64,000 nt of DNA from a virus (IMGVR_UViG_2880412407_000011); one strand, 5' to 3'. Shown: positions 32,875-42,624, counted from the stretch's first letter. Numbers and translations are program-made. The notes: generated from the letters alone by a model not told the origin.

Positions 32875-33117
32875 ATGAAAAAATCAGAAGTATTAGGCTA
32901 TTTTGGCGGAGTTGTTAAAACAGCCGCCGCTCTAGGAACGTCAAAAACCACAGTCAGCATGTGGGGGGAAGACGTTCCGTGGAAATGGGCGTTGCTAATT
33001 CAGGCAGTCACTGCCGGGGCGCTCAAATATGAGTTACACATACCGACGGTTGTCATTCCCGATTCTGATCATAATCCGCCTTCTAACCAAGGGGGGATTC
33101 ATGAAAATCAAGCATGA
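32875..33117 (+). CDS. Cro-like HTH regulator
   Basis: 80 aa from MKKSEVLGYFGG...; small HTH protein divergent from the repressor. Confidence 0.6.
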   Translation: MKKSEVLGYFGGVVKTAAALGTSKTTVSMWGEDVPWKWALLIQAVTAGALKYELHIPTVVIPDSDHNPPSNQGGIHENQA

Positions 33118-33526
33118 ACACATCCGCATGGCGATGAATGCCTGGGCGCGTCCTGATGGCGAAAAAGTTCCGGCAGCTGGAATAACCCAGGCTTATTTTG
33201 AGTTGGGTATGACGTTTCCTGAACTGTACGACGACAGCCATCCGGAAGCCCTGGCTCGCAATACCCAGAAAATTTTCCGCTGGATAGAGAAAGACACCCC
33301 TGATGCAGTTGAAAAAATGCAGGCTCTGTTACCGGCGATCGAAAAGGCAATGCCGCCTCTGCTGGTGGCCCGTATGCGCAGTCACAGCTCTGAATATTAC
33401 CGTGAGATCGTCGAACGGAGGGATCGGCTGGTGAAAGATGTGGATGATTTTGTCGCAGCGGCGATCGCCTGGGGCACCCTGACTAACAGTGGGGGGCAGC
33501 CTGGTAATGCTGTTGTCGTGCATTGA
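33101..33526 (+). CDS. YdaT/CII-like regulatory protein
   Basis: 141 aa from MKIKHEHIRMAM...; position right after cro. Confidence 0.45.
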   Translation: MKIKHEHIRMAMNAWARPDGEKVPAAGITQAYFELGMTFPELYDDSHPEALARNTQKIFRWIEKDTPDAVEKMQALLPAIEKAMPPLLVARMRSHSSEYYREIVERRDRLVKDVDDFVAAAIAWGTLTNSGGQPGNAVVVH

Positions 33527-33594
33527 CCAACAATATTCATGCCGGATTTCTTCCGGATGTTCGAGGGTAAAGTTCGGTATCAGAAGAGGTGAGT

Positions 33595-34662
33595 ATGGCT
33601 AATGCCTGGCTCAGATTGTGGCATGACATGCCAAATGACCCCAAGTGGCGAACGATTGCCAGGGTATCAGGACAGCCAATCGCAACAGTGATGGCAGTGT
33701 ATATCCATCTTCTGGTGAGTGCGTCACGAAATGTCACGACATGTCACGGCGTGTCACTACGTGGTCACATTGATGTCACGACGGAAGATTTAGCAAGTGC
33801 GCTTGATGTGACGGAAGACGTAATTGATTCAATTTTGCATGCAATGCAGGGGCGGGTTCTGGATGGTGACCTTATTTCCGGATGGGAAAAACGTCAGGTG
33901 CTGAAAGAGGACAATGGTAACGTTTCGCAAACGGCAAAATCCCCGGCAGAGCGCAAGAGAGCGCAGCGGGAGCGGGAAAAGCTGCGGAAACATAATGCTG
34001 ATTGTCACGATGAGTCACGACGTGTCACGCATCTGTCACGACAAGTCACGACAGATAAAGATACAGATAAAGATACAGATAAAGATACAGATAAAGATAC
34101 AGATACAGAATTAAACCCCACACATAACGCGCGCGAGAGTATTCCGACCAGTGAGTCGAATGGTGCGCCGTTGCAGACAGCCGAACCTGAATACCTGGAC
34201 GGCCTGAGCGAACCGATCGGGAAATTTCCGATGACTACTGTCTGGCAGCCGTCGCCGGATTTTCGACAACGGGCAGCAGTGTGGGGTATGGCTCTGCCTG
34301 AGCCGGAATTTACACCTGCTGAGCTTGCCGCATTCCGGGATTACTGGATGGCGGAGGGGAAGGTTTTCACGCAGGTTCAGTGGGAGCAGAAATTTGCCCG
34401 CCACGTGCAGCACGTCAGGGCACAGGTAAAACCAGTCAGCAAGGGGGGAAGCCATGCAGCATCAGGTGGCACGGCATCACGGGCAGTTCAGGAAATCCGG
34501 GCTGCACGCGAACAGTGGGAACGTGACAACGGATTTATCAGCAACGGAAACGGCCTGGAAGCTGTGGGAGCTCATGGGGGAGGTGTATTCGAACCGCTGG
34601 ACTCAGAAGAACGGGGCCGCACCTTCGAAGCTCTGGATTGCCCAGATTGGTGCGATGACTGA
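33595..34662 (+). CDS. replication initiator (lambda O-like role) containing internal iterons
   Basis: 355 aa; SD agaggtgag; contains two arrays of GTCACG repeats and a (ACAGATAAAGAT)n tract; followed by a P-like gene. Confidence 0.6.
   Translation: MANAWLRLWHDMPNDPKWRTIARVSGQPIATVMAVYIHLLVSASRNVTTCHGVSLRGHIDVTTEDLASALDVTEDVIDSILHAMQGRVLDGDLISGWEKRQVLKEDNGNVSQTAKSPAERKRAQREREKLRKHNADCHDESRRVTHLSRQVTTDKDTDKDTDKDTDKDTDTELNPTHNARESIPTSESNGAPLQTAEPEYLDGLSEPIGKFPMTTVWQPSPDFRQRAAVWGMALPEPEFTPAELAAFRDYWMAEGKVFTQVQWEQKFARHVQHVRAQVKPVSKGGSHAASGGTASRAVQEIRAAREQWERDNGFISNGNGLEAVGAHGGGVFEPLDSEERGRTFEALDCPDWCDD
33720..33780. repeat. iteron array 1 (six GTCAC(G) repeats at ~10-bp spacing)
   Basis: gtcacgaaatgtcacgacatgtcacggcgtgtcactacgtggtcacattgatgtcacgacgg. 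Confidence 0.55.
34003..34107. repeat. iteron array 2 (five GTCACG repeats) followed by 12-bp tandem repeat (ACAGATAAAGAT)x4
   Basis: ttgtcacgatgagtcacgacgtgtcacgcatctgtcacgacaagtcacgacag then acagataaagat x4; encodes (TDKD)n in the initiator. Confidence 0.55.
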
Positions 34663-35116
34663 ACAGCAAATCCGTCTGGTGTGCCGTCAGTGCATGGACC
34701 GCTGCCGGGCGGGTGAAACGTGGCCCCCGGACCTGGCTGAGTTTGTTGCGCTGATTTCGGAGAGTGGGGCAAATCCATTTGGTCTTACGGTGGATGCCGT
34801 GATGGAAGAGTACCGGCGCTGGCGCAATGAATCCTGGCGATACGACGGGAGTGATAAATACCCGTGGCCACAGCCTGTGCTGTACCACATCTGCCTCGAA
34901 ATGCGTACCAGAGGGATTGAGCGCCAGATGACGCAAGGTGAGTTAAAACGACTTGCGGAACGGCAACTGACGAAATGGGCAAAGCATGTTGGTAACGGGA
35001 TGAGTGTTCCGCCAGTGCGACGACAACTGGAAGGGGCGAAACACCCGCAAGGGCCAACGCCAATTGAACGGCTGAAACAGGAATACGAACGCCGGAAGGC
35101 AGCTGGTTTTATTTGA
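34454..35116 (+). CDS. replication protein, lambda P-like (helicase loader)
   Basis: 220 aa; C-terminal pattern VDAVMEEY..W....YPW......Y.......R......T..EL.R.A..QL resembles lambda P; strong SD; overlaps initiator 3' end by 209 bp. Confidence 0.5.
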   Translation: MQHQVARHHGQFRKSGLHANSGNVTTDLSATETAWKLWELMGEVYSNRWTQKNGAAPSKLWIAQIGAMTEQQIRLVCRQCMDRCRAGETWPPDLAEFVALISESGANPFGLTVDAVMEEYRRWRNESWRYDGSDKYPWPQPVLYHICLEMRTRGIERQMTQGELKRLAERQLTKWAKHVGNGMSVPPVRRQLEGAKHPQGPTPIERLKQEYERRKAAGFI

Positions 35117-35149
35117 ATCTGAGAAACGATTTTGTCGGAGGAAATATTA

Positions 35150-35866
35150 ATGGAAACCGTATTTGACGCACTGAAAGCACTGAAAAAAGCCTCTTCACAG
35201 GTAGTGGCATCGCGCCTTGGAATCAGCCGCGAAGATGCTGTCAACGAACTGTGGAAACTGAAGCGCCGTGGTGAAGCGGATAACAAGGGGTCGATGTGGT
35301 GGCTGACTCAGACTGGTGAAAGTGAACCAGTGTCACCGGTACCGAAAGTGACAGCGCAAATGCTGACTGAGGCGATTGAACATCATGGCCCACAAACGGC
35401 GGATGAGCTGGCACTGATGTTCGGGATTACCTCCCGCCGGGCGAATTCATCACTGGCCATGGCAATCAGCAAAGGGCGTCTGATTCGCGTGAATCAGGGC
35501 GGTAAATTTCGGTACTGCATACCGGGCGCTGATTTACCGGCAGAGCCGAAAGCCGCATCCATAACGGAAACGGATGGTAAAGCCTTTCCTCAGCCAGCAG
35601 GTGTTGCGTTACCAGTCGGGGAAGCGGAAACACAGGAAGAAATAAAAACGGAAAGTGTGGCGGTCACAGTGCAGTCACAGCCGTCGTTCACCAGAAAGCA
35701 TCCGGATGGTCTGATTTTACCATCGCTGCATGTGGCTAACCGCGAGCTGCGCCGGGCAAAAGGTCAGGTTCAGAAGTGGGAGCGAGTCTGCGCCGCGCTG
35801 CGGGAGCTGAACAAGTGCCGGGATATTCTCCGGGATATTACCGCCACCAGAGAACAGCAGCGGTGA
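35150..35866 (+). CDS. hypothetical protein (winged-helix-like N-terminus)
   Basis: ORF with GGAGG SD; common lambdoid nin-region type protein. Confidence 0.45.
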   Translation: METVFDALKALKKASSQVVASRLGISREDAVNELWKLKRRGEADNKGSMWWLTQTGESEPVSPVPKVTAQMLTEAIEHHGPQTADELALMFGITSRRANSSLAMAISKGRLIRVNQGGKFRYCIPGADLPAEPKAASITETDGKAFPQPAGVALPVGEAETQEEIKTESVAVTVQSQPSFTRKHPDGLILPSLHVANRELRRAKGQVQKWERVCAALRELNKCRDILRDITATREQQR

Positions 35867-35898
35867 GTGGGTGGAAGACGTGGTGCCGGGCGGAAATC

Positions 35899-36180
35899 AT
35901 GATACTCCGGCAGTGTGCGGGAACGATGAAGGTAAAAAGCGTTGGCGCACTTATCGGACGAACTGAAGCGGCAGTGAGAACGAAGGCACGGGAGCTGGGC
36001 ATCAGCATGATGTTACGTGGTGATTTTCACCCGTCGGCAAAATATTCTCAGCGTGATATTGAGCTGGCGCGGCAACTGCATCAGAGAGGCATGCAAAGAA
36101 GGGAAATTGCCAGAAAATTAGGCATGCCGCTGCGCATAGTGAATAACTACGTTTATTTCGACAGGAGGGTGTCTGCGTGA
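35899..36180 (+). CDS. hypothetical HTH protein
   Basis: 93-aa ORF MILRQCAGTMKV...; helix-turn-helix-like RREIARKLGMPLRIVNNYV. Confidence 0.4.
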   Translation: MILRQCAGTMKVKSVGALIGRTEAAVRTKARELGISMMLRGDFHPSAKYSQRDIELARQLHQRGMQRREIARKLGMPLRIVNNYVYFDRRVSA

Positions 36181-36404
36181 AAATCCTGTATCAGGATTAC
36201 GGCCCGGTGGGGCAGGTGGTTATCAGCAGTACTGTAATGGAGTTTCGGAAGCATAACCGTGTGGTGGATGCTGTGCTGTTAACCTGTCCGGGGATATCGG
36301 CGAGTCGTGCAGGTGTGTTTATTATGAAGACGAAATTATATGGCAGTAAGGCGTGGATAAAGAAGGCGTATCGTGTAGCGTTGCAGGAGGTTAACAGTGA
36401 GTGA
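36177..36404 (+). CDS. hypothetical protein
   Basis: 75-aa ORF, start overlaps upstream stop. Confidence 0.35.
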   Translation: MKILYQDYGPVGQVVISSTVMEFRKHNRVVDAVLLTCPGISASRAGVFIMKTKLYGSKAWIKKAYRVALQEVNSE

Positions 36405-36708
36405 AATTAAAGAAATGCCGGTAGTTCGTGACGGATATGGCTACTGGACACATCCTGAATATGAAAAATTCTGTGATGGTCGGGAATATATTTCAACGGA
36501 AGAGTTTAACGCCTGGATGGAGGAAAATAATCTTCAATACGTCCTCTGCTTCAGAGATGAAGGATGTGCTGACCTTGATGCGTGTGATGCTGATATTTCT
36601 GCATGGGAACCGGAACGACCAGAGGGCGATGGCTGGTTTATTGGTTCCATTCATGATACGGAAGATGGCCCGGTTTGTGTCTGGTTGCGAAATAAGGCTG
36701 AAGCATAA
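36397..36708 (+). CDS. hypothetical protein
   Basis: 103-aa ORF, overlapping start. Confidence 0.4.
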   Translation: MSEIKEMPVVRDGYGYWTHPEYEKFCDGREYISTEEFNAWMEENNLQYVLCFRDEGCADLDACDADISAWEPERPEGDGWFIGSIHDTEDGPVCVWLRNKAEA

Positions 36709-36835
36709 AGGCGATAAACCAACTAACAACTAAATACTGAAGATTTAAATCAGAAACGATTTTTATTAAATCCTTAACCGGAGGGATTCCTGCACCCTCA
36801 GAACATCAGGAGGCCGCCCGAAAGGGCGGTAAGAA

Positions 36836-37054
36836 ATGAAACATTATTTAGAAAAAAATTACCCACGAAAGAGCAGAACAACAGAGTTTCTGTTTTTCAT
36901 TCTGTTTATAGTGTTGATGATACCGATATCCCCGCTATTACTGGTCTGGATAATTGGAAGGACATTTGAACCAGTTATTGAGCTATATACCGATGTGACA
37001 TGGGAATCATTCAGCGCACTGCACAATAAAATTAATCCGTATAAGGAAAACTGA
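36836..37054 (+). CDS. hypothetical small membrane protein
   Basis: 72 aa with one hydrophobic helix (FLFFILFIVLMIPISPLLLVWIIG). Confidence 0.35.
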   Translation: MKHYLEKNYPRKSRTTEFLFFILFIVLMIPISPLLLVWIIGRTFEPVIELYTDVTWESFSALHNKINPYKEN

Positions 37055-37055
37055 T

Positions 37056-37613
37056 ATGAGCACTATTACCAGAGAACGCGCGGAGATTAAATCATACATC
37101 ACAGGCTTCCTGAGCGACTCGGCGCACGATAACAAGTCTTCAGACAGCCTGCTGGCTAATGTGTTTCGTATCGCGCTGGCATCACTGGAAGCAGAGCCGA
37201 TAGCAATGGTAGTGCCTGATGAAATGGATTTGCTTACCTGCCATCTCGACGGTGTAACTAAAACATATGCTGATGGCTGGAACGCCTGCCGCGTCGCCAT
37301 GCTTCAGGCCGGAAACTTTCGGGAAAATAAGAATTCGTCAACCAACAATTTTCGGGAAATCTCGGAAACGTCAACCAGATCTCCGATAACTCTGGATGGC
37401 TGGATAAGCTGTACTGAGCGAATGCCTGAAAAGAGCCAGAACGTGCTTATTTCGATGAATATCGATAGCGAGGCTGGGCCATTAATATATTCCGCACGCT
37501 ATCTCGGAGGCACGTTCCGGCGCGGAGGTATAGCAGTTAGTCCGGGTAATGATCTTAGGCAAGCAACCCACTGGATGTCGCGACCAGAACCGCCGCAGGA
37601 GGTGAATCAATGA
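37056..37613 (+). CDS. hypothetical protein (DUF551-like C-terminus)
   Basis: 185-aa ORF; ATG overlaps previous stop. Confidence 0.45.
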   Translation: MSTITRERAEIKSYITGFLSDSAHDNKSSDSLLANVFRIALASLEAEPIAMVVPDEMDLLTCHLDGVTKTYADGWNACRVAMLQAGNFRENKNSSTNNFREISETSTRSPITLDGWISCTERMPEKSQNVLISMNIDSEAGPLIYSARYLGGTFRRGGIAVSPGNDLRQATHWMSRPEPPQEVNQ

Positions 37614-37903
37614 CCTGGCCTGAAGCATTCACAACGGTAGGAATTGCGATGGCGGTGGCGCTGGTGGTGTATTCGATTTGCCGCTGGGGATAAAAACGGT
37701 TTGCGGGAAAAGGATAGTTAAGTAGAATTGCTGCGGGTGCTTGAGGCTATCTGCCTCGGGCATGAACACCAACGGCAGATAGAGAAAAGCCCCAGTTAAC
37801 ATTACGCGTCCTGCAAGACGCTTAACATTAATCTGAGGCTCAATCCATGCTGAACACATGTAGGTTAGCCTCTTACGTGCCGAAAGGCAAGGAGAAGCAG
37901 GCT

Positions 37904-38059
37904 ATGAAGCAGCAAAAGGCGATGTTAATCGCCCTGATCGTCATCTGTTTAACCGTCATAGTGACGGCACTGGTAACGAGGAAAGACCTCTGCGAGGTGC
38001 GAATCCGAACCGGTCAGACGGAGGTCGCTGTCTTCGTAGACTACGAATCTGAGAAGTAA
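37904..38059 (+). CDS. hokD: Hok/Gef-family type I toxin (HokD/RelF-like)
   Basis: 51 aa MKQQKAMLIALIVICLTVIVTALVTRKDLCEVRIRTGQTEVAVF... matches E. coli RelF/HokD by recollection. Confidence 0.8.
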   Translation: MKQQKAMLIALIVICLTVIVTALVTRKDLCEVRIRTGQTEVAVFVDYESEK

Positions 38060-38178
38060 GAGACCAGGCGGGGGAGTAATCTCCCGCCACCTCTGATGTG
38101 TCAGGCATCCTCAACGCACCCGCGCTTTACCATACTGAAAATGCTGTTTGAATGTTCATCTCTGAAAGAGGACTATGA

Positions 38179-38523
38179 ATGAAAAAGGTATTGATTGCAG
38201 CACTTATTTCCGGTGTGTCTTTTGGCGCTTTTGCACAGCAGGGTGGTTTCCAGGGGCCAGAAGCAGAGCGTTCAACAGTAGCGCAGGCAAAAGAACTGAA
38301 GGATGATGCATGGGTTATCCTTGAAGGGAGCATCGTTAAAAAAGTGGGTGATGAACGTTATGAGTTTCGTGACAATAGCGGGACAATTGTCACGGATATT
38401 GATGACAGCGTATGGGCCGGGCAGAATGTTTCTCCGAAAGACAAAGTAAGAATTGAGGGTGAAATTGATAAAGACCTGAGCAGTGTTGAAGTTGATGTAA
38501 AGGCACTGAAATTATTAAAGTAA
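38179..38523 (+). CDS. YgiW/YdeI-family (BOF) periplasmic OB-fold stress protein
   Basis: 114 aa with signal peptide MKKVLIAALISGVSFGAFAQ; family-typical length and ...RYEFRDNSGTI.V.ID...W motif. Confidence 0.75.
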   Translation: MKKVLIAALISGVSFGAFAQQGGFQGPEAERSTVAQAKELKDDAWVILEGSIVKKVGDERYEFRDNSGTIVTDIDDSVWAGQNVSPKDKVRIEGEIDKDLSSVEVDVKALKLLK

Positions 38524-38644
38524 CCGCCCCTGCTTGTTAAGCCCGTCTTACTGACGGGTTTTCTGTTTGTACATTCCGGCGTATTGCCTTACAATTCGCG
38601 CAGTCAGCCTGAACAACTGACACCTGCTGTCACCGGAGAATCCG

Positions 38645-38917
38645 ATGACACAACACATAAAATCCCACAATTCTGAAGCCGACCCGGAAATTAAGCAGGG
38701 GAGGCGTTTTCGTGCGCCTCAGTATGGCTGGTTTCACTATCTGTTCTGTACGATCGATGAGGCAGATATGCTTCAAGAGGCGTATCTGCGTCGCGGTGTC
38801 CGTGTGGAGCGGAGTCTGAACGCTGATCGTCTGACCTGGACCGTTTCTGTATATCTTCCTGTTCGTGCACATCTGCCACGGACACATGCCTGCTACCGTC
38901 AGCGCGTCTGGAGGTAA
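38645..38917 (+). CDS. hypothetical protein (rem-like position)
   Basis: 90-aa ORF between hok/BOF and the DUF968-like gene, as in Qin order hokD-rem-ydfU. Confidence 0.35.
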   Translation: MTQHIKSHNSEADPEIKQGRRFRAPQYGWFHYLFCTIDEADMLQEAYLRRGVRVERSLNADRLTWTVSVYLPVRAHLPRTHACYRQRVWR

Positions 38918-39968
38918 TGTGCGGGTATTACTTCGACCTGTTCTGGTTCCGGAACTCGGGCTGGTGGTCCTTAAGCCCGGTCGTGAATCATTGCCAGTTT
39001 TTCATCGCGGCAGGGTGCTGGTGGAGCCGGAACCGAAAAACATGCGGGCGCTGCCATCTGGAGCGGTTCCTGCTGTTCGCCAGCCGCTGGCGGAAGATAA
39101 ATCACTGCTGCCATTTTTCAGCGATGAGCGGGTGATTCGTGCAGCTGGCGGCGCTGGTGCACTGTCTGACTGGTTATTACGTCACGTGAAATCCTGCCAG
39201 TGGCCACACGGCGATTATCATCACAGCGAAACCGTTATTCACAGTTACGGTGCTGGCGCAATGGTGTTGTGCTGGCACTGCGACAACCAGCTGCGCGACC
39301 AGACCTCCGAATCACTTGAGCAACTTACTCAACAAAATCTGACAGCCTGGATGATTGACGTCATACGCCATGTAATGAATGGCACGCAGGAGCGGGAATT
39401 ATCGCTGGCTGAATTATCCTGGTGGGCAGTCTGCAATCAGGTGGTGGACGCATTACCTGAGGCAGTATCGCGTCGCTCTCTGGGATTACCGGCGGAAAAA
39501 ATCCGCTCCGTATACCGTGAAAGCGACATCATACCGGGAGAACAGACCGCCACCAGCATACTGAAGCAGCGCACAAAAAATATTGCGCTACCGCCTCACA
39601 CCCACCAGCAACAGAACCCACCACAGGAAAAGACGGTGGTCAGCATTGCCGTTGATCCGGAGTCTCCGGAATCCTTCATGAAACGACCTAAACGTCGCCG
39701 CTGGGTAAATGAGAAATACACACGCTGGGTAAAGACACAGCCGTGTGCGTGTTGTGGTAAGCCAGCGGACGATCCTCATCATCTGATTGGTCATGGTCAG
39801 GGCGGAATGGGAACAAAATCCCACGATATTTTCACGCTACCGCTGTGTCGGGAGCATCACAACGAGCTTCATGCGGATCCGCTGGCGTTCGAAGAAAAGC
39901 ATGGTTCCCAGGTTGATTTAATTTTTCGTTTTCTTGATCACGCCTTTGCAACCGGCGTGCTCGGGTAA
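38865..39968 (+). CDS. DUF968-like protein (YdfU-like) with C-terminal Cys/His cluster
   Basis: 367 aa; C-terminal CACCGKPADDPHHLIGHGQGGMGTKSHD...CREHHNELH. Confidence 0.5.
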   Translation: MHICHGHMPATVSASGGNVRVLLRPVLVPELGLVVLKPGRESLPVFHRGRVLVEPEPKNMRALPSGAVPAVRQPLAEDKSLLPFFSDERVIRAAGGAGALSDWLLRHVKSCQWPHGDYHHSETVIHSYGAGAMVLCWHCDNQLRDQTSESLEQLTQQNLTAWMIDVIRHVMNGTQERELSLAELSWWAVCNQVVDALPEAVSRRSLGLPAEKIRSVYRESDIIPGEQTATSILKQRTKNIALPPHTHQQQNPPQEKTVVSIAVDPESPESFMKRPKRRRWVNEKYTRWVKTQPCACCGKPADDPHHLIGHGQGGMGTKSHDIFTLPLCREHHNELHADPLAFEEKHGSQVDLIFRFLDHAFATGVLG

Positions 39969-39980
39969 AAGAGGTTACTG

Positions 39981-40340
39981 ATGCGTATAGAGTTTGTTTT
40001 GCCTTACCCGCCGACGGTGAACACCTACTGGCGACGTCGTGGCAGCACATATTTTGTATCAAAAGCCGGTGAGCGTTATCGCCGGGATGTGGCACTTATT
40101 GTTCGCCAGCAGCGGCTGAAATTAAACCTGTCCGGAAGGCTGGCGATAAAGATTATTGCAGAGCCACCGGATAAGCGCCGTCGTGACCTGGACAATATCC
40201 TGAAAGCACCACTGGATGCGCTGACGCATGCCGGACTTCTCATAGACGACGAGCAGTTTGATGAAATCAATATTGTGCGCGGCCAGCTCGTTTCTGGTGG
40301 GCGGCTGGGCGTGAAGATTTACAAAATTGAAAGTGAGTGA
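39981..40340 (+). CDS. rusA: RusA-family Holliday junction resolvase
   Basis: 119 aa; MRIEFVLPYPPTVNTYW...RRDLDN...DDEQF RusA signature. Confidence 0.85.
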   Translation: MRIEFVLPYPPTVNTYWRRRGSTYFVSKAGERYRRDVALIVRQQRLKLNLSGRLAIKIIAEPPDKRRRDLDNILKAPLDALTHAGLLIDDEQFDEINIVRGQLVSGGRLGVKIYKIESE

Positions 40341-40348
40341 GCATAAAT

Positions 40349-40903
40349 ATGATATACCCGGAAATTACAGGCAAAAGCGGTGAGCATTTACGCCTGAAAA
40401 CGCTGGAAAGTGTCTGGATCCAGGGGAAACTGCGTATGTGGGGGCGTTGGTCGTATATTGGCGACGGTAAGACGGGAAATATGTTCAACCAATTACTGAC
40501 CTCTAAAAAGCTGACAAAAACGGCAATTAACGAGGCGCTCCGGAGGATGAAAAAAGCGGGTCTGGACAAACCTGAACTTGAGGCTTTTTTGCGGGATATG
40601 ATCAACGGCAATCAAAAAAGCTGGCTGGCACATTGTACCGATTCAGAGGCGTTAATAATCGACAGGGTTATTGGTGAAGTACTGGCAGGTTATCCCGGGC
40701 TGCTCAATGTTCTGAGTCAGCGTTATGTGGGGCGGGGGATGACTAAGCGCAAAATGGCTGAATTGCTGAATGATGCACATCCGGAATGGAGTTTAAGAAC
40801 CTGTGAAAGACGCATTGAGCATTGGCTAAAGGTGGCAGAATTTATTTTGTACAAACCAATGGTTATGGCTTTTGGTATAGAGAAAAAAGTTATTGCTTTT
40901 TGA
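40349..40903 (+). CDS. late antiterminator Q-like protein
   Basis: 184 aa, immediately upstream of a strong terminator and the tRNA/lysis region; position diagnostic, sequence family not verified. Confidence 0.55.
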   Translation: MIYPEITGKSGEHLRLKTLESVWIQGKLRMWGRWSYIGDGKTGNMFNQLLTSKKLTKTAINEALRRMKKAGLDKPELEAFLRDMINGNQKSWLAHCTDSEALIIDRVIGEVLAGYPGLLNVLSQRYVGRGMTKRKMAELLNDAHPEWSLRTCERRIEHWLKVAEFILYKPMVMAFGIEKKVIAF

Positions 40904-40981
40904 CGTAAAAACTGCTTCAATTCCGGTAAGCTTCGCAAAGCTGTACCGCGAGGCGAATAGCAGACATGGACATTTGAAAGA

Positions 40982-41004
40982 GCCCGCTTTTTGCGGGTTT
41001 TTTT
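40982..41004 (+). terminator. tR'-like intrinsic terminator downstream of Q
   Basis: cccgc-TTTTT-gcggg hairpin followed by a 7-T run. Confidence 0.55.
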
Positions 41005-41127
41005 ATGACTGAAAAACGGCACGGGGCGTTAAACGCGCTGGTGGTTGCTAATACCGGTCTTTCAACTTGCTGGCTTTTTCGACAAGAGTTATTGGTATGT
41101 CACGTTAACCGGAAAAGGGAAAAAGAC

Positions 41128-41325
41128 ATGCTAAAACAGCAGGATATGACAGAAACCGCCAGAGTGGTGTTTAATGAATTAAGCGTTACCGACCCGGCGA
41201 CAGTCGGGGAGATTGCGCAGAATACTTACCTTTCACGCGAACGCTGCCAGTTAATACTGACCCAGCTGGTTATGGCGGGTCTGGCAGACTATCAGTGCGG
41301 TTGTTACAGACGCATTCAGTCCTGA
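41128..41325 (+). CDS. hypothetical small protein
   Basis: 65-aa ORF from MLKQQDMTETARV...; start uncertain. Confidence 0.3.
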   Translation: MLKQQDMTETARVVFNELSVTDPATVGEIAQNTYLSRERCQLILTQLVMAGLADYQCGCYRRIQS

Positions 41326-41460
41326 AGGCTTTTTATTTGTGGTAAATGGGCGGCTGGTGGGGGGGGCGGCACCTGTCAGTCCTTTGCTTATGTGTTGATG
41401 ATAATTTACCTTTTGGGGCTATAATTGAGCTAACCAATTGCTAATGAAAGTAAAATTATA

Positions 41461-42174
41461 ATGGCTGTTGTCTGTTCAGTTATCATGGTTTGCTCCCCAA
41501 TTAATATTTTTCTTGAAAAGGATACGTTGTCACTTAAGCCAGGCTCAGTCGTTCTGGCCACCAAATGCATCAGGGAGCTTTTCCTTATGCATTATGGCAA
41601 AGTTAAAATTGTCGATATAAGCGAATCCGTCGTAAGTCAATATCTGGAAAGTCAGCATAAGCTGACGAGGACTCGTCTGACTGACATTCCGCTTTACCTG
41701 TTGCTGGAACCCAACAATCCTGCGTTGGCTGCGGCTTTAATTACCAGCCAGGGATTTTCCGGAGAGGTCACGGATATGTTTCTTATGATGGCCTGCCTGT
41801 CTCTGTTTGAAACAGATGAACGGATGTCATTGTTTTTAAGTGGATGTTTATCCAGCATAAGTGCCAAAGTCAGGGCGATAATTCAGACAGATATATCAGC
41901 AAGCTGGACGCTTGGTGCGATTGCTCTACAGTTGCATATGAGTGAGAGTTTGTTAAAGACAAAACTGAAAAATGAAGGGGGCATGTTCAGTCGCTTGTTG
42001 CTGGAAGAGCGGATGCGTGTTGCTGTAAATATGTTATGTTCCCGGTATGGATATGGACAGGCTGTAGCAGAAAAATGTGGTTATTCAAGCCGGTCCTACT
42101 TTATTTCTGTATTTCACCGCTATTATGGCTTCCCGCCAGACAGATATGTATCCAGGCAAGGGCTTGATTATTGA
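41461..42174 (+). CDS. AraC-family transcriptional regulator
   Basis: 237 aa; C-terminal AraC-type HTH (SYFISVFHRYYGFPPDRY); low-GC cargo between tR' and tRNAs. Confidence 0.7.
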   Translation: MAVVCSVIMVCSPINIFLEKDTLSLKPGSVVLATKCIRELFLMHYGKVKIVDISESVVSQYLESQHKLTRTRLTDIPLYLLLEPNNPALAAALITSQGFSGEVTDMFLMMACLSLFETDERMSLFLSGCLSSISAKVRAIIQTDISASWTLGAIALQLHMSESLLKTKLKNEGGMFSRLLLEERMRVAVNMLCSRYGYGQAVAEKCGYSSRSYFISVFHRYYGFPPDRYVSRQGLDY

Positions 42175-42202
42175 TTTTCATCTGATTATTATTTTTTGGC
42201 TC

Positions 42203-42278
42203 GGCCCTTTAGCTCAGTGGTGAGAGCGAGCGACTCATAATCGCCAGGTCGCTGGTTCAAATCCAGCAAGGGCCACCA
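42203..42278 (+). tRNA. tRNA-Ile (anticodon CAU, ileX/ileZ-like) - could alternatively be scored as tRNA-Met
   Basis: 76 nt cloverleaf, acceptor GGCCCTT/AAGGGCC, anticodon loop CTCATAA, 3' CCA; closely resembles E. coli ileX. Confidence 0.8.
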
Positions 42279-42368
42279 TCACAAACCGCCATTAGCTTAT
42301 CAGGAAGAGCAGACGACACCATAACAGGGTTGTTGGTGCGGGGCCGGGTCCCCGATGGCGGTCCATTA

Positions 42369-42445
42369 TCGGTATTCTGCGTTGTTAGCTCAGCCGGACA
42401 GAGCAATTGCCTTCTAAGCAATCGGTCAGTGGTTCGACTCCACTA
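42369..42445 (+). tRNA. tRNA-Arg (anticodon UCU)
   Basis: 77 nt, acceptor GCGTTGT/ACAACGC, anticodon loop CTTCTAA, 3' CCA. Confidence 0.8.
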
Positions 42446-42624
42446 CAACGCGCCACACTTATTTTCCAGGCTCGCTTCGGCGGGCCTTTTTTGTATCTGC
42501 GCCACGCCCGGCGCATATCAACCACAGAGCCTTTCGGGGGTGAGCTTACGGAGTGGTCAGTGTGACTTTCTCTGTGGGCAGATCGCTCCCGGGCGTTGGC
42601 TCACCCACCCAAAGGAACGTCACG

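Noticed and set aside
42446-42490. Possible third tRNA downstream of tRNA-Arg
   Set aside because: The sequence folds as a single hairpin followed by a T-run (terminator-like), not a cloverleaf with acceptor stem and CCA.
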